DNA from: Octopus sinensis
Taxonomy: Eukaryota
Direction: 5' to 3'
Length of the DNA: 64,000 nucleotides
Assembly (NCBI RefSeq): GCF_006345805.1
Contig: NC_042999.1
Location: 3,596,001-3,660,000 of the forward strand
Made by a program: the position numbers and the translations under genes. Within the stretch, counting starts at the first letter, position 1. The number at the start of each line of letters is the position of its first letter. The notes beneath the pieces were generated by a model that had not been told where the DNA came from, did not search any database, and saw nothing but the letters and a program-made list of their open reading frames with translations. This document shows, piece after piece, positions 26,290 through 38,187 of this stretch.

Positions 26290-26995
26290 GAGTAAAACAG
26301 CACCATGACACAATTCACTCTGCCAACAATTTGGAAATGACATGCTGTGCTGCTTGGCATTTGCACTGGAAGCTTCAATATGAACAACTTTTGGCTTGCC
26401 GTATCCTCAAAACATGTACCAAGAGAGATAAAATCCAAACATCCAGTCAACATCATAGTTTGGAGTGGTCACTAGTGATGGTGATGTTATGCTTCCGTTC
26501 ATCTTCCCACACAGCGTCAGGCTTACATCAAGTGCCTGGAGGAAATGGTGCTACCCTGGGTCAAGAAAGTAGCTGCTGGAAGACCCTATGTCTGGCAACA
26601 GGAGGTTGCACCATGCCACACAAGCAGGAGAACCCAGCCATGGCTGTCATACAATTTCTGCAACCATATCGCCCCTAACATTTGACCATCTAACTTCCCA
26701 CACTGCAACCCCCTTGGTTATTATTTATTGTAACACCAAAGATGAACTGAAGGCAAGGCTTATAGCAGCATTCACCAACTTCAACAAGGAGACTATCCAG
26801 AAGAGTTGCAGGAGATTCCAAAGTCGTCTGGCAGCTGTGGTTGAAGCCAATAGCAATTTAATTGAATAAATTTACTCTTTAGTATTTCAAGATATTTTTA
26901 TGTAATTTTGGTAAATATATCTGTTAAAATGAGATGGCAGTGTTATTTTCATTTTTGCGTAGATTAGATGACAATATATTCACCACACCCTTTAT
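26290..26995 (+). pseudogene. maT/Tc1-mariner transposase C-terminal remnant
   Basis: GRPYVWQQ..APCHTSRRTQ..; NTKDELKARLIAAFTNFNKETIQKSCRRFQSRLAAVVEAN. Confidence 0.85.
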
Positions 26996-28841
26996 ATATA
27001 CAACGGGCTTCTTTCAGTTTCTGTGCACCAAATCCACTCAAAAGGTTTTGGTCAGTCCAAGGCTATAGTAGAAGACACTTGCCCAAGGTGACTCCCCGTG
27101 GGAATGAACCCAGGACTGTGTGGTCGGGAAGCAAGCTTCTTACCACACAGCCATACCTGAGAGATGTATATATAAAATTTGGTTTTGTGAAACAGAAAAC
27201 TTTAGAACTACCGTAGACTGGAGTTTACGCAACATCATTTTGTGCATAATTGAAATATCCACATTCCATTATTTCAATGAGCATGCGTGTGTCTGTCCAT
27301 GTCTGTGTGTTTGTGTGTGTGTGTGTGTCCATGTCTGTGTGTTTGCATGTGTATGTGTGCAGGATGTTGCCATTTAATATCTCTTTTTCATGTTGACATG
27401 ATTTGAACAGTTTGGCTTGAACTGACAAACAAGAGGGTCACACCATGCTTCAGTGTCTGCTTTGGCATGGTTTCTATGACCAGATGTCTTTCCGAATGCC
27501 AGCTATTTTACAGAGAGTACTGGGTGCTTTCTTAGAGGAACCAGCACTGATGAGATCACCGAGGACGAGTAAAACTATACCTCTTCCAGCAAGTAGGATA
27601 GAGCATTGAAGGATATGAAGGTATGATAGAGGGAGAGGAAGGGATAGGTTGCTGAGGAGGTGAGTACACAGCTTCACCATCTGGAAAGGAAGCTGTGAGG
27701 TCAAGGTACACATAGGAGAGAGAGACTGACAGAGAGAGAGAGAGAGAGAGAGAATAAAGATAGAAGAACAGAAAAGGTGGGTGGATGAATGGGTGGGTAA
27801 GCTTGCAAAGGTAGAGAGAGTGTGAGAGGTGATGAGAGATGGGAGCGAGGTGGACGGAGTAGGGGAAGTGATGGAAAGGAAACAGGAGGATTGGGTCAGT
27901 GAAGAGGATGGTTGTTTGTGAATCAGAAAACACCGTTATAATACAAATTATTTGTTATGCAGAAAAATGCTTGAGATTGCAGTTTATTTGCTGGCGTTCC
28001 GTGTATAATTGAAATATCACGTTCCAGTAATCCAACATATATACATACATACACACACACACACACATATATATAAAAAACATATATCTTTGTATGTATG
28101 TGTGTTATATATATATATATATATTATATATATATATTCACATACTACATACGTATCAATCTATCCATATATATATATATATATATATGCACATATATAT
28201 ATATGTATATATATATGCATATATGTGTATATATATATATATATATATACATATGTGTGTATATATATATATATATGTATATATGTGTGTATGTATATAT
28301 ATATATATGTGTATGTGTGTATTTTTATGTATGTATACACACACTACACACGAGTATATACACATATATATATATATACACTTACATATGTTTCCTTTTG
28401 TTTCTCATGTATATCTATATATCTGTTCTCTTCTAGTTTCACTTGTTTTGTAGTTTGTTTCTTTTCTATTTTGTATATATTTTGTTTTACATGATGCAAA
28501 TTTAATGGTTCTGAGATACAAAATTAATTAGAGAGGTTGATCAGTTGTTAAATATTTAATGCAATGAATCCACTTCGGCTTGAACAGTTTGTCTTAATTG
28601 GTAATGATCCACAAAGGCAGGAGCCGCCTCTTGCTACCGAGCTGGCATTGAATCTCGGTAAACTTAATTAAGAAGATAGATAAGTAGGTGTGGTCTTCGC
28701 TGTATCTAACAACTAATGAAGGTTCGGTGACGGCTAACGATTGTTCTCCTGGAAACTTTATTGAATATCTTGATACAATCAAAAGGGAAGGCAAATATAC
28801 ACACACATTTTATAGACATACACACACATATACATCTATAT

Positions 28842-28844
<3 letters not shown>

Positions 28845-28890
<46 letters not shown>

Positions 28891-28971
28891 TATGTATACA
28901 TATATAATACACAGACACATGTATACATACATATATATATATACGTATTATATATATATACATATATTATA

Positions 28972-29002
<31 letters not shown>

Positions 29003-30024
29003 CGTAATATATATATGTATATATACATATATATATACATATATATATAACGTATATATACATATATATATACATATATATATATACGTATATATATATG
29101 TATATATACATATATATATATATACATGTATATATATATGTATATATAACATATATATATTACGTGTATATATATATGTATATATACATATATATATACG
29201 TGTATAATATATGTATATATACATATATATATATATACGTGTTATATAATATATGTATATATACATATATATATACATATATATATATATGTATATATAC
29301 TTATATATATACACGTATATATGTATATATACATATATATATATACACGTATATATATATATATGCATATATACATATATACGTATATATATATATATAC
29401 ATATATACGTATATATATATATGCATATATACATATATACGTATATATAAATATGTATATATACATATATACGTATATATATACGTATATATATATATAT
29501 GTATATATATACGTATATATATATATATATATGTATATATATACGTAATATATACGTATATATGTATATATACATTATATATACATATATATATACGTAT
29601 ATACATATACGTATATATACATATATACGTATATATATATGTATATATATATGTATATATATACGTATACATATACGTATATATATATACGTATATATAT
29701 ATGTATATATACATGTATATATACGTATATATATATACGTATATATATATATGTATATATACATATATATATACATATATATATACATATATATATACGT
29801 ATATATATATGTATATATGTATATATACATATATATATATATACATATATATATACGTATTTATATGTATATATATATACGTATTTATATGCATATATAC
29901 GTATTTATATGCATATATATACGTATTTATATGCATATATATATACGTATTTATATGCATATATATATATATATATGTATATACATATATATATACGTAT
30001 TTATATGTATATAATATTACGTAT

Positions 30025-30077
<53 letters not shown>

Positions 30078-30105
30078 CATATGTGTTGTGTATATATATA
30101 TATAC
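28845..30105. repeat. ~1.2-kb alternating purine/pyrimidine (TA)n tract with TACG/TACA/TGCA variants
   Basis: Visible directly; ~20-bp higher-order unit near 29850-30030. Confidence 0.95.
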
Positions 30106-30170
30106 CAGAGTAAGCACATAAATGTGAAGTAAGGTGGAAGAGTAGTAATCGAATACTGGATGTAGAGTAA

Positions 30171-30323
30171 TATGCTTTATTAATAAAGCTCCAAAGACAT
30201 CACAGAAACTGTTACTCAGAGTTTCATGTTCCCATTCGTTGGGAACCAAAACTGATGAATGGGGAGATGAAACTCTGAGTAACAGTTTTTGTGATGTTTT
30301 TGCAGTTTTATCAATAAAGCATA
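30171..30323. mobile_element. Tail-out inverted pair of hammerhead-bearing termini (~68-bp arms)
   Basis: 30171-30238 inverted vs 30255-30323; + arm CTGATGA 30252-30258, GAAA 30269-30272, CTC-T-GAG, TA. Confidence 0.7.
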
Positions 30324-30349
30324 TATATGTATATATGTATGTATGTATG

Positions 30350-30410
<61 letters not shown>

Positions 30411-30566
30411 CTAGAGAATTCCCAATCTGGCAAGACCAATGACTAGGAAATTCAAAAGCCACTGTAATCACTATTCCTAAAAAAAAAATAAATGTTAAAC
30501 ATAATACTCTATGTTTATGTAATGAATAGTGTCTACACACACGTACACATATATATATTATATATA

Positions 30567-31828
30567 CAGAGTGCATAAGATATTTGAGGATATACATTTT
30601 CGGTTCATTGCTGCATTTTCTGCTAAATCTGTATTATCTCAATTTCAGAAACAGACCCTCAGTTTATTCAAGAAATGAAAAGGCATGCTATTATTGTGGT
30701 TATAAAGGCTGAGCTTAGTGATTTAGAAATATCTTGATTTTTAAAAGATGCCAGAGCTTTTGTCTGCAAAGTTTGTAAGGAGCTAGAGACTGAAGATGGA
30801 AATGTATCACTAGTATAAAAGCATGAAAAGCATTCTAGATATTCTGATATTATCAGAACACCTGAATTTATCCAGCAAGTTCAACAGAGCATTGATTATA
30901 ATCCCAGAAAGCCCATGAGGTCAATTCCAAAAGATTTCTATGTGTCAGAAAGAACAGTCAGAAATGTTGTCCATGAAGACATCAGATATAAACTTTATAT
31001 GATGAGGAAAGGACAATTTGTCAGAAAAAGCAAAAGAAAATCACTACATCAAATCTAAAAGGCTCTTAAAGAAACAGAAAAACCAAGCAGAAGAAGATTT
31101 GATTTATCTCAAACAACTGAAACTTCGACCAAGATCAAAAAGTTAACAGAAGAAATGACAGATGGTTATGAGCAGAACCTTCTGAAATTCCAAGTGTTAT
31201 GCATACAAAATTTCCTGTAACTATTATGGTTTTAGGGGTTGTCAGCAATGAAGGACATGTGATGGCTCCTTACTTCTTTCCACAAGGCCTTAGAGTTAAC
31301 TCAGCCACCTACACTGAGGTCCTGGAAATAATTGTTAAGCCCTAGATAGACAGTGCACACAATGGAAGGCCATATGTGTTTCAGTAAGACTCTACACTAT
31401 CACACATGGCTCTAGTAACACAGGAATGGATGGCTGAAAATTTTCAAGACCACATAACCCCTAACATTTGGTCTCCTAATTCCCCAGATCTCAATCCATT
31501 AGCCTATTACATGTGGAGCATTGTTGAGAGAGAGAGAGAGAGAGAGAGGTCAATGAACTTGCCCATAACACCAAAGATTCTTTGAAAGCTGCCATAGTCA
31601 GAGTAATGTCCAAAATAAACTAAGACCACTTGATTCAAGCATGTAGATGACTTAGATCTCATATAGAAGCAGTTGTTGAAGCTGAAGGTGGCTTTATTGA
31701 ATAATGATATAGAAAAGAAGGTTTATTTTTATCCTCATAGCATTTTTTGATAAAAAAAAAGTTACATCTTATTATATATCTGTTTTTGTATAAACATAAA
31801 TTTCTCCTCAGATATCTTATGCACACAT
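30567..31828 (+). mobile_element. Full-length decayed maT (DD37D) transposon
   Basis: TIR GTGCATAAGATATTTGAGGA / TCCTCAGATATCTTATGCAC; transposase pseudogene ~30676-31705 with 37 residues between the second D and the position of the third D (mutated to A in SPDLNPLAY). Confidence 0.9.
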
Positions 31829-32210
31829 ACATATATACACACATACATATATACACACACATGAGTAAGTACATAAATGCAAAACAAGGTGTAAAAAAGT
31901 AGTACTCGACCACTGAAGGTTGGGTAATAATTTTTTTGTGCATGTGATCACAACTGCACAACAAATGTTGAGTCTGGAGAGAGTCATTCTCTTTTAGTGC
32001 TTTATAATTTAGTGCTTTACATAGAGTAACACATTGTCTGCCTGGATAGTCATCTCCCTCCTCTTACTATATATAAAGTATGGAGGTTTAGTTCACAGGT
32101 GATCTAAACTATTAGGTATGCTTGGTAAATGCTGTAACAGACTACTAGAGCTCCAAGGTTGTAGCCGAGACGATATTTATGGAGCCATTGCAGATTTCCG
32201 ATGCAGTGAA

Positions 32211-32333
32211 TATATAATTGTTAAAGAGGACAACAGACGTTAAGGCAAGGCAAACATCTCAAGTCATGTGCATTATATGACTTGAGATGCTTGCTTTGCC
32301 TTAATGTTTGTTGTCATCTTTAACAATTATATA
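32211..32333. repeat. 57-bp near-perfect hairpin with 9-nt loop
   Basis: Arms 32211-32267 and 32277-32333, 5 differences. Confidence 0.9.
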
Positions 32334-34117
32334 TATACATATGTATATGTATATATGTATATATATATATATACACACATACACATGTGTTGTTTGTTTA
32401 TGTTCCATACTTGGTAAAAGACAAATAGAACTTGCTTAAACAGAAGTACGACTTTTGAAGAATAATTACTTGCGTCAATATCATTAACTGAAACCTTGAA
32501 GACAATGTTCCAATAAGGCTGCAGATCAATGACTAAAGCTAGCAAAAAAAGGTCAAAAATTAATAAAACAAAAATCAATCAATGTAAAAAATAATAATTT
32601 TGAATTGGAAAATTGAAAGAGACTGGCATATAATGCAGCTTTTTTTTTTATGGTGGGGTGGGTGGATATTATATTTTATACATTCCTTGAGATACAATGA
32701 CTGAAGATATGGTATTGAACTTCAAATCAAGAGGTCAAGAGGTCATGATTCACTATAAAAACAAATCAATGTTGGTCTGTGAGCAAGACACATAATTCTG
32801 CTTATTCTAATTTGTCTGACTAACCAAAAGGTGGAACAACAAAATCACAGACGAATGCTTAGCAATGAGTAAGGAATCTAGCCATGAAATAATTCACCCA
32901 ACAGACACAAGATATTGCCACCATGCCAGTACAGGAAAGTGATTGTGAAGGAAGAACAAAGAATTATTTGTTTTTTCTCTTTAAAATCTAGATTTGAATG
33001 CATTTCTCACTTCATTTATCTTTTATTTCTAATCTACCAGGATTTGAATTTTCCTTCCACTCTTTGACCCCACACAATCATAGCTAACCAACTTATTAGA
33101 GCATATTACTTACATACAAATAAATACACACACACACATATAAAAACACACAGTTATATCTATAATATAAATTGGACATGGGCGATCGTTGTATTCTTTC
33201 TTGTCTTGAGGTTCACAGTCAAACGGCTGGGTGGATTCACATGAAAAATGGCAGACATGTGGAGACAGGTGCATAGATTGGAATGCAGTTTGTATTTTTT
33301 TCCTAACCCCCATACTTATCGAGAAAATCGATTAAAACTTTTCTAATGGAATTTCCCTCTTTCTTCTGCCATTAAAACAACCAGTTGCTAAGAAGCTGTT
33401 TTCTGACGGAGTGGGGCCAGGAAATTTTCATATAGCTGGAGGCTCCAATCGAAACAGGGGACCCGAAATGATAAGGTTCACAAACGCTGTTATGGATTAT
33501 GCCTAACCGAAAACGATCACAGCCACTTCATCCAAACAGACTGAGTGAAACCAGGCTTAGCTGCTAATATACATATGAATAGATATACACAGAGGTATTC
33601 ACAAACATATCATCATCATCATCATCATTGTTTAACATCCACCTTTCATGTTTGCATGGGTGGGACGGTTTCACAAGAGCTGGCCAGGCAGAAGCCTGCA
33701 TCAGGCTTCTGTGACTGTTTTGAAAGGATTTTTACAGCGGGATGCCCTTCGTAATGCCAACCGCTCAGCAGAGTGGACTTAGTGCTTTTTACACGGCACA
33801 AGCAACAGGCAAGGTCAGTTTTGGCAAGGCATTTACAGCTGGATGCCTTTCCAAGCACCAACCACTTACAGTATGGATCAGATGCTTCTTAAGTGGCACC
33901 CGCACTGACAGGGTCACCAGGTACTTGTAAAACAAAAATAAAAACTCTCAAGAGGGGGGGGGGGAGATTGGAAGAGGTGATCTTGTGTCAGGTGATGAAA
34001 GGTTATAGTGAGACAAAGAGACAGAAACAGGTGTCTTGCTGTAGAGGAAGTACAAGGTTGTCCAGCTGGAGAGAGAGAGAGAAAGAAAGAGAACGAAGAG
34101 AGAAACATATATATATG

Positions 34118-34205
34118 TGGAGGCGCAATGGCCCAGTGGTTAGGGCAACGAACTCGCGGTCGTAGGACCGCGATTTCAATTCCCAGACCGGGCATTGTGA
34201 GTGTT
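34118..34205 (+). mobile_element. SINE family A head fragment
   Basis: Matches 2889-2975. Confidence 0.8.
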
Positions 34206-34216
34206 TTTATTTATGG

Positions 34217-34630
34217 CTCAGGAGTGGCTGTGTGGTAAGTAGCTTGTTTACCAACCACATGGTTCCGGGTTCAGTCCCACTGCGTGGCACCTTGGGCAAG
34301 TGTCTTCTACTATAGCCTCGGGCCGACCAAAGCCTTGTGAGTGGATTTGGTAGACAGAAACTGAAAGAAGCCCGTCGTATATATGTATATATATATATAT
34401 ATATATATGTGTGTTGTGTGTGTGTGTGTGTGTCTGTGTTTGTTCCCCTATCATTGATTGACAACCGATGCTGGTGTGTTTATGTCCCCGTTACTTAGCG
34501 GTTCGGCAAAAGAGACCGATAGAATAAGTACTGGGCTTACAAAAGAATAAGTCCCAGGGTTGAGTTGCTCGATTAAAGGCAGTGCTCCAGCATGGCTGCA
34601 GTCAAAAATGACTGAAAAGCGGAAAAGAGT
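34217..34630 (+). mobile_element. Full-length SINE family B
   Basis: A/B-box-like head, CCTTGGGCAAGTG, internal (TA)/(TG), 3' domain. Confidence 0.9.
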
Positions 34631-34952
34631 ATATAACTTGCCAGCATTCCCTTCATCATATACGCAGTAATCACGTTCAGTTAAAATGGTTTCCTGATGT
34701 GTGCTGTTTCTTTTTTTTTCCCTGATCAGAAAATCACATTGTTTTACATCATTTTATCCCCTCTGGAATAATACCAATAACATAAGAGGGATCAGCCATC
34801 TGAATGTGGCTAGGGTCAGGGCGGGGTGGTGGGGGTGATACTGATGCATTTAGCCCCAGGTGAACATCAACGTCACCAGAAGGGCTGACACCATCTCGGT
34901 GTCCTTGCCAGCCAGCAAAGGGAGATCAGCCTCCCCGAAGATACGGATACTA

Positions 34953-34995
34953 CACACGGACCGGTTTCGAGGTTATTGCCTCTTGTCAACGTATG
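34953..34995 (-). ncRNA. Intact minimal type I hammerhead ribozyme with U3-A8 core variant
   Basis: CATACG TTGACAA GAGG-CAATAA-CCTC GAAA CCGG TC CGTGTG. Confidence 0.85.
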
Positions 34996-35322
34996 GTAAG
35001 CACCGCTCTTCGTTGAGGGACTTCCTCTGCAGGCTGGATATATAGAGATTTTCACAGTAACCACAGTCACTGGCGTAGAAAATCTGTTCGAAAACAATAA
35101 TAAATCTCTGGGCGAGATATAAACAGTAACTGCTCTATAACATAAGAGGGATCAGCCATCTGAATGTGGCTAGGGTCAGGGCGGGGTGGTGGGGGTGTTA
35201 CTGATGCATTTAGCCCCAGGCGAACATCGACATCACCAGAAGAGCTGACACCAGTGGTTATTGTGAAAATCTCTATATATCCAGCCTGCAGAGGAAGTCC
35301 CTCAACGAAGAGCGATGCTTAC

Positions 35323-35365
35323 CATACGTTGACAAGAGGCAATAACCTCAAAACCGGTCCGTGTG
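35323..35365 (+). ncRNA. Second copy of the U3-A8 hammerhead, G12A
   Basis: Identical to 34953-34995 except GAAA->AAAA at 35350 (CpG-type change). Confidence 0.8.
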
Positions 35366-35806
35366 TAGTATCCGTATCTTCGGGGAGGCTGATCTCCCTT
35401 TGCTGGCTGGCAAGGACACCGAGATGGTGTCAGCTCTTCTGGTGACGTTGATGTTCGCCTGGGGCTAAATGCATCAGTAACACCCCCACCACCCCGCCCT
35501 GACCCTAGCCACATTCAGATGGCTGATCCCTCTTATGTTATAGAGCAGTTACTGTTTATATAATAATACCAATGTTTTCTTGAAAACATACGTCAGAAGT
35601 ATTAAAGATTTGAATAACACCTCTGTTTAACTCCATTTCTTTATCTGTTATACAAAAACATATCACTAAACCCTGTAATTTCTACCTTTATAAGTAGGCT
35701 GTAACATCCTTGGTACTTATGTGAATTTTTTGCTACCCTGGTAACTATATTTTTTTTCTATGCTATTTGTACATTTGTACACATTGAAAAAATACACATA
35801 CATACA

Positions 35807-35846
<40 letters not shown>

Positions 35847-35934
35847 TATACACATATATTATATAGTCAAGTAAGTATATCCTTGGCTATGGCTAGTCAG
35901 AAAGTTATGGTTTCATGATTATTATTGTATTTGA

Positions 35935-36385
35935 CAGTATAGGGGTTGGAGTATCAATGAAGAGACAAGGTGGGTAGGAGTGAAGAGAGGAAGTAAGTGT
36001 CAGCTGAAGAGAGGAGGAGAGGTGGGTAAAAGTGAGGAGAGGAAGTAGATGTCAGATAAAGAGAAGAGAGGAGGAGAGTAGAGCACTTGTGGCATAAAGG
36101 AGCAAAGAGAGAAGGTTAATTCCTGTTCACGGTGAAGGCGGGAGTCCAGATGTACAAAGACGATCCAAACACAGACAGGTGTTGTGGTGAATGACTGGTA
36201 GAGTGGAAATGGTGCAAGACTGGGGTGTCATTGCTGAGTCTGATATCTAAAAGGTGATCCATGAATCAGTCAGCCAAGCAGCGTCTCATTAGACTGATGT
36301 ACAGAGAAGAGCAGAAAGGGCAGGAGATGCAGTAAATGATGTTGCTAGAAGTGCAGATAAAGGAGTCGGTGATAGGGAAGATGAT
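35935..36385 (-). pseudogene. Penelope-like element GIY-YIG endonuclease remnant
   Basis: FICTSSNIIYCISCPFCSSLYISLMRRCLAD*FMDHLLDIRLSNDTPVLHHFHSTSHS matches the Penelope-type GIY-YIG pattern. Confidence 0.8.
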
Positions 36386-36780
36386 GGGTGCCTTGACCAG
36401 TGCCACCTGACCGGCACATAAAAAGCAACGTTCAAGCATGGCCAATGCCAGTGCCTCCTGATTGGCACTTGTGCTGTGGCATATAAAAAGCATCATTTGA
36501 GCATGGCCAATGCCAGTACTGCCTGGCATGTAAAAAGCACCATTCGAGTGTGGCCAATGCCAGTGCCACCTGACTGGCACCACACCAGTGGCACATAAAA
36601 AGCAGCCACTACACTCTCAGAATGGTTGGTGTTAGGACGAGCACCCAGCTGTAGAAATCTTGCCAAATCAGATTGGAGCCTGGTGCAGCCTCCCGGCTTT
36701 TGCCAGTTCTCAGTCAAACCATCCTATCCACATCAGCATGGAAAGTGGATGTTAAATCACAATGATGAGGATGATATACA
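36385..36780 (+). mobile_element. RTE 3' UTR-type repeat
   Basis: TGGCAC modules and family-specific 3' end. Confidence 0.75.
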
Positions 36781-37291
36781 TATATATATATATGCATGCA
36801 TACACACACACACACACAAACATATACATACATTCATATATATATGTATGTAAGTCATTGCATTTATAGTATTACATATACGTAAAATAATATTTTGCTT
36901 AATTTGAATCAATGTATTTGATATGATACACACCAACACAAACTCAGACACAATTCAGACACACACGCATGCATGCACACACATACACACACACAAGAAA
37001 TTATTTATCACATTTGGGAAATCATCTGTTTATTAATGTTTCCCAAACTTTATAACTAATCTGTCACTTTACATAGCGGAGAGATAAATCAATAGATTAT
37101 AAGATTTTGTACTAAATTCAAATATTCAATGTTTTCTTAAATTCCTGATTAGAAATCTTGATTCATCTTTCTTTAAAATGGTAAAAGAAAATCCATAGAT
37201 GAAATGGAATGTTTTGGCATGCCTTTATTCAATGAGAGGTTGCAAATTTTGGTTGGTATTTTTGCCGTTCTTTTTATTGACTATTTTTTAG

Positions 37292-37331
37292 TATGCGAAG
37301 ACAAGATGAAAAGGAATATATTACAGACATG
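37292..37331 (+). other. Candidate 40-nt exon (MRRQDEKEYITDM in one frame)
   Basis: Polypyrimidine tract plus TAG acceptor and perfect ATG|GTAAGT donor in unique sequence; no partner exons confirmed. Confidence 0.3.
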
Positions 37332-37935
37332 GTAAGTTGAATTCTAACCAAGTTTTGTAATATATAACTCTTTCCAAAGAAAACAGGTTTTTTTTTTTTT
37401 GTTTTTTGTTATGAGATGAAATTAAGATATTATTTAGCTCTTTTTATTTTCTATCAGTTAATCTTGTTAATTTTTTGTTTTCCCTTTGAGTTTTTGAAAT
37501 GTTTAATAAAAGAGAAAGAACAACAATAATAATTTTTTTTGTGGAAATGAGCATTTTAAAATAAGTAAGTACATAATTTAGAAATGACACAAAAATAGAA
37601 AAACCAAATGTACGATGCCTTTGTAAGATAATCTTCATTTAATTTTGTTGGTGGTGTTCACCTTTCTATAGATTGTCTGTTGTTTTCTTTTTTGATATGA
37701 AAATAGAAACATTAATGAGCTTCATAAGAATTTCTCCCACTCACAACATAGTAAAAGTGTGTGTGTGTATGTGTATGTGTGAATTGGAATAACTGTGTGC
37801 ATTTGTGCATGTGTGTCTCTGTACGTACACAACAGGAATGTCTGAGATTGGCAGTTTCTAGATAGCTAATAGAACTGTATTTCGTTTTTGGATTTGGTTT
37901 GCAAGATTCTTTATATGAGTTCGTGTGTTGAAGCA

Positions 37936-38187
37936 TATTCTATTGTGTCTGGGGAGAATCATTTTCTTTTTGTGCTTTATTATGTAACACACTCACCGGT
38001 AAAATTTCCATGTTTTTCTTATTTTTATTGTCTTAAAATTTTCATTGCATCTTGCAACCTTTTCAGAGTCAAAACTACTGAAAATTTTAGGACAATAAAA
38101 ATAAGAAATAAGTGGAAATTTTACCGGTGAGTGTGTTACATTATAAGGCACAAAAAGAAAATGACTCTCCCCAGACACAATAGAATA
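37936..38187. repeat. Palindromic foldback/MITE-like element, ~110-bp arms
   Basis: TATTCTATTGTGTCTGGGG... / ...CCCCAGACACAATAGAATA; related fragment near 31975-32015. Confidence 0.85.

Larger units (their letters stand above)
34779..35561. mobile_element. Recent hammerhead-bearing insertion: 360-nt partial tandem plus inverted copy, 12-bp TSD
   Basis: AATAATACCAAT at 34767-34778 and 35562-35573; 34777-34893 repeated at 35137-35253; 35254-35561 is an inverted monomer. Confidence 0.85.

Noticed and set aside
28710-28770. CTAATGA...GGAAAC hammerhead-like string
   Set aside because: G5 is mutated and stems I and III are too weak to call
28009-30132. Long Y/I/C/M/V-rich ORFs (up to 344 aa) and similar ORFs elsewhere
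   Set aside because: They are translations of (TA)n-type microsatellites that lack stop codons by composition
34779-35561. DIRS-type inverted LTR element or a pure replication (template-switch) rearrangement
   Set aside because: DIRS elements do not make TSDs and no tyrosine recombinase is present; the 12-bp TSD and HHR favour retro-insertion
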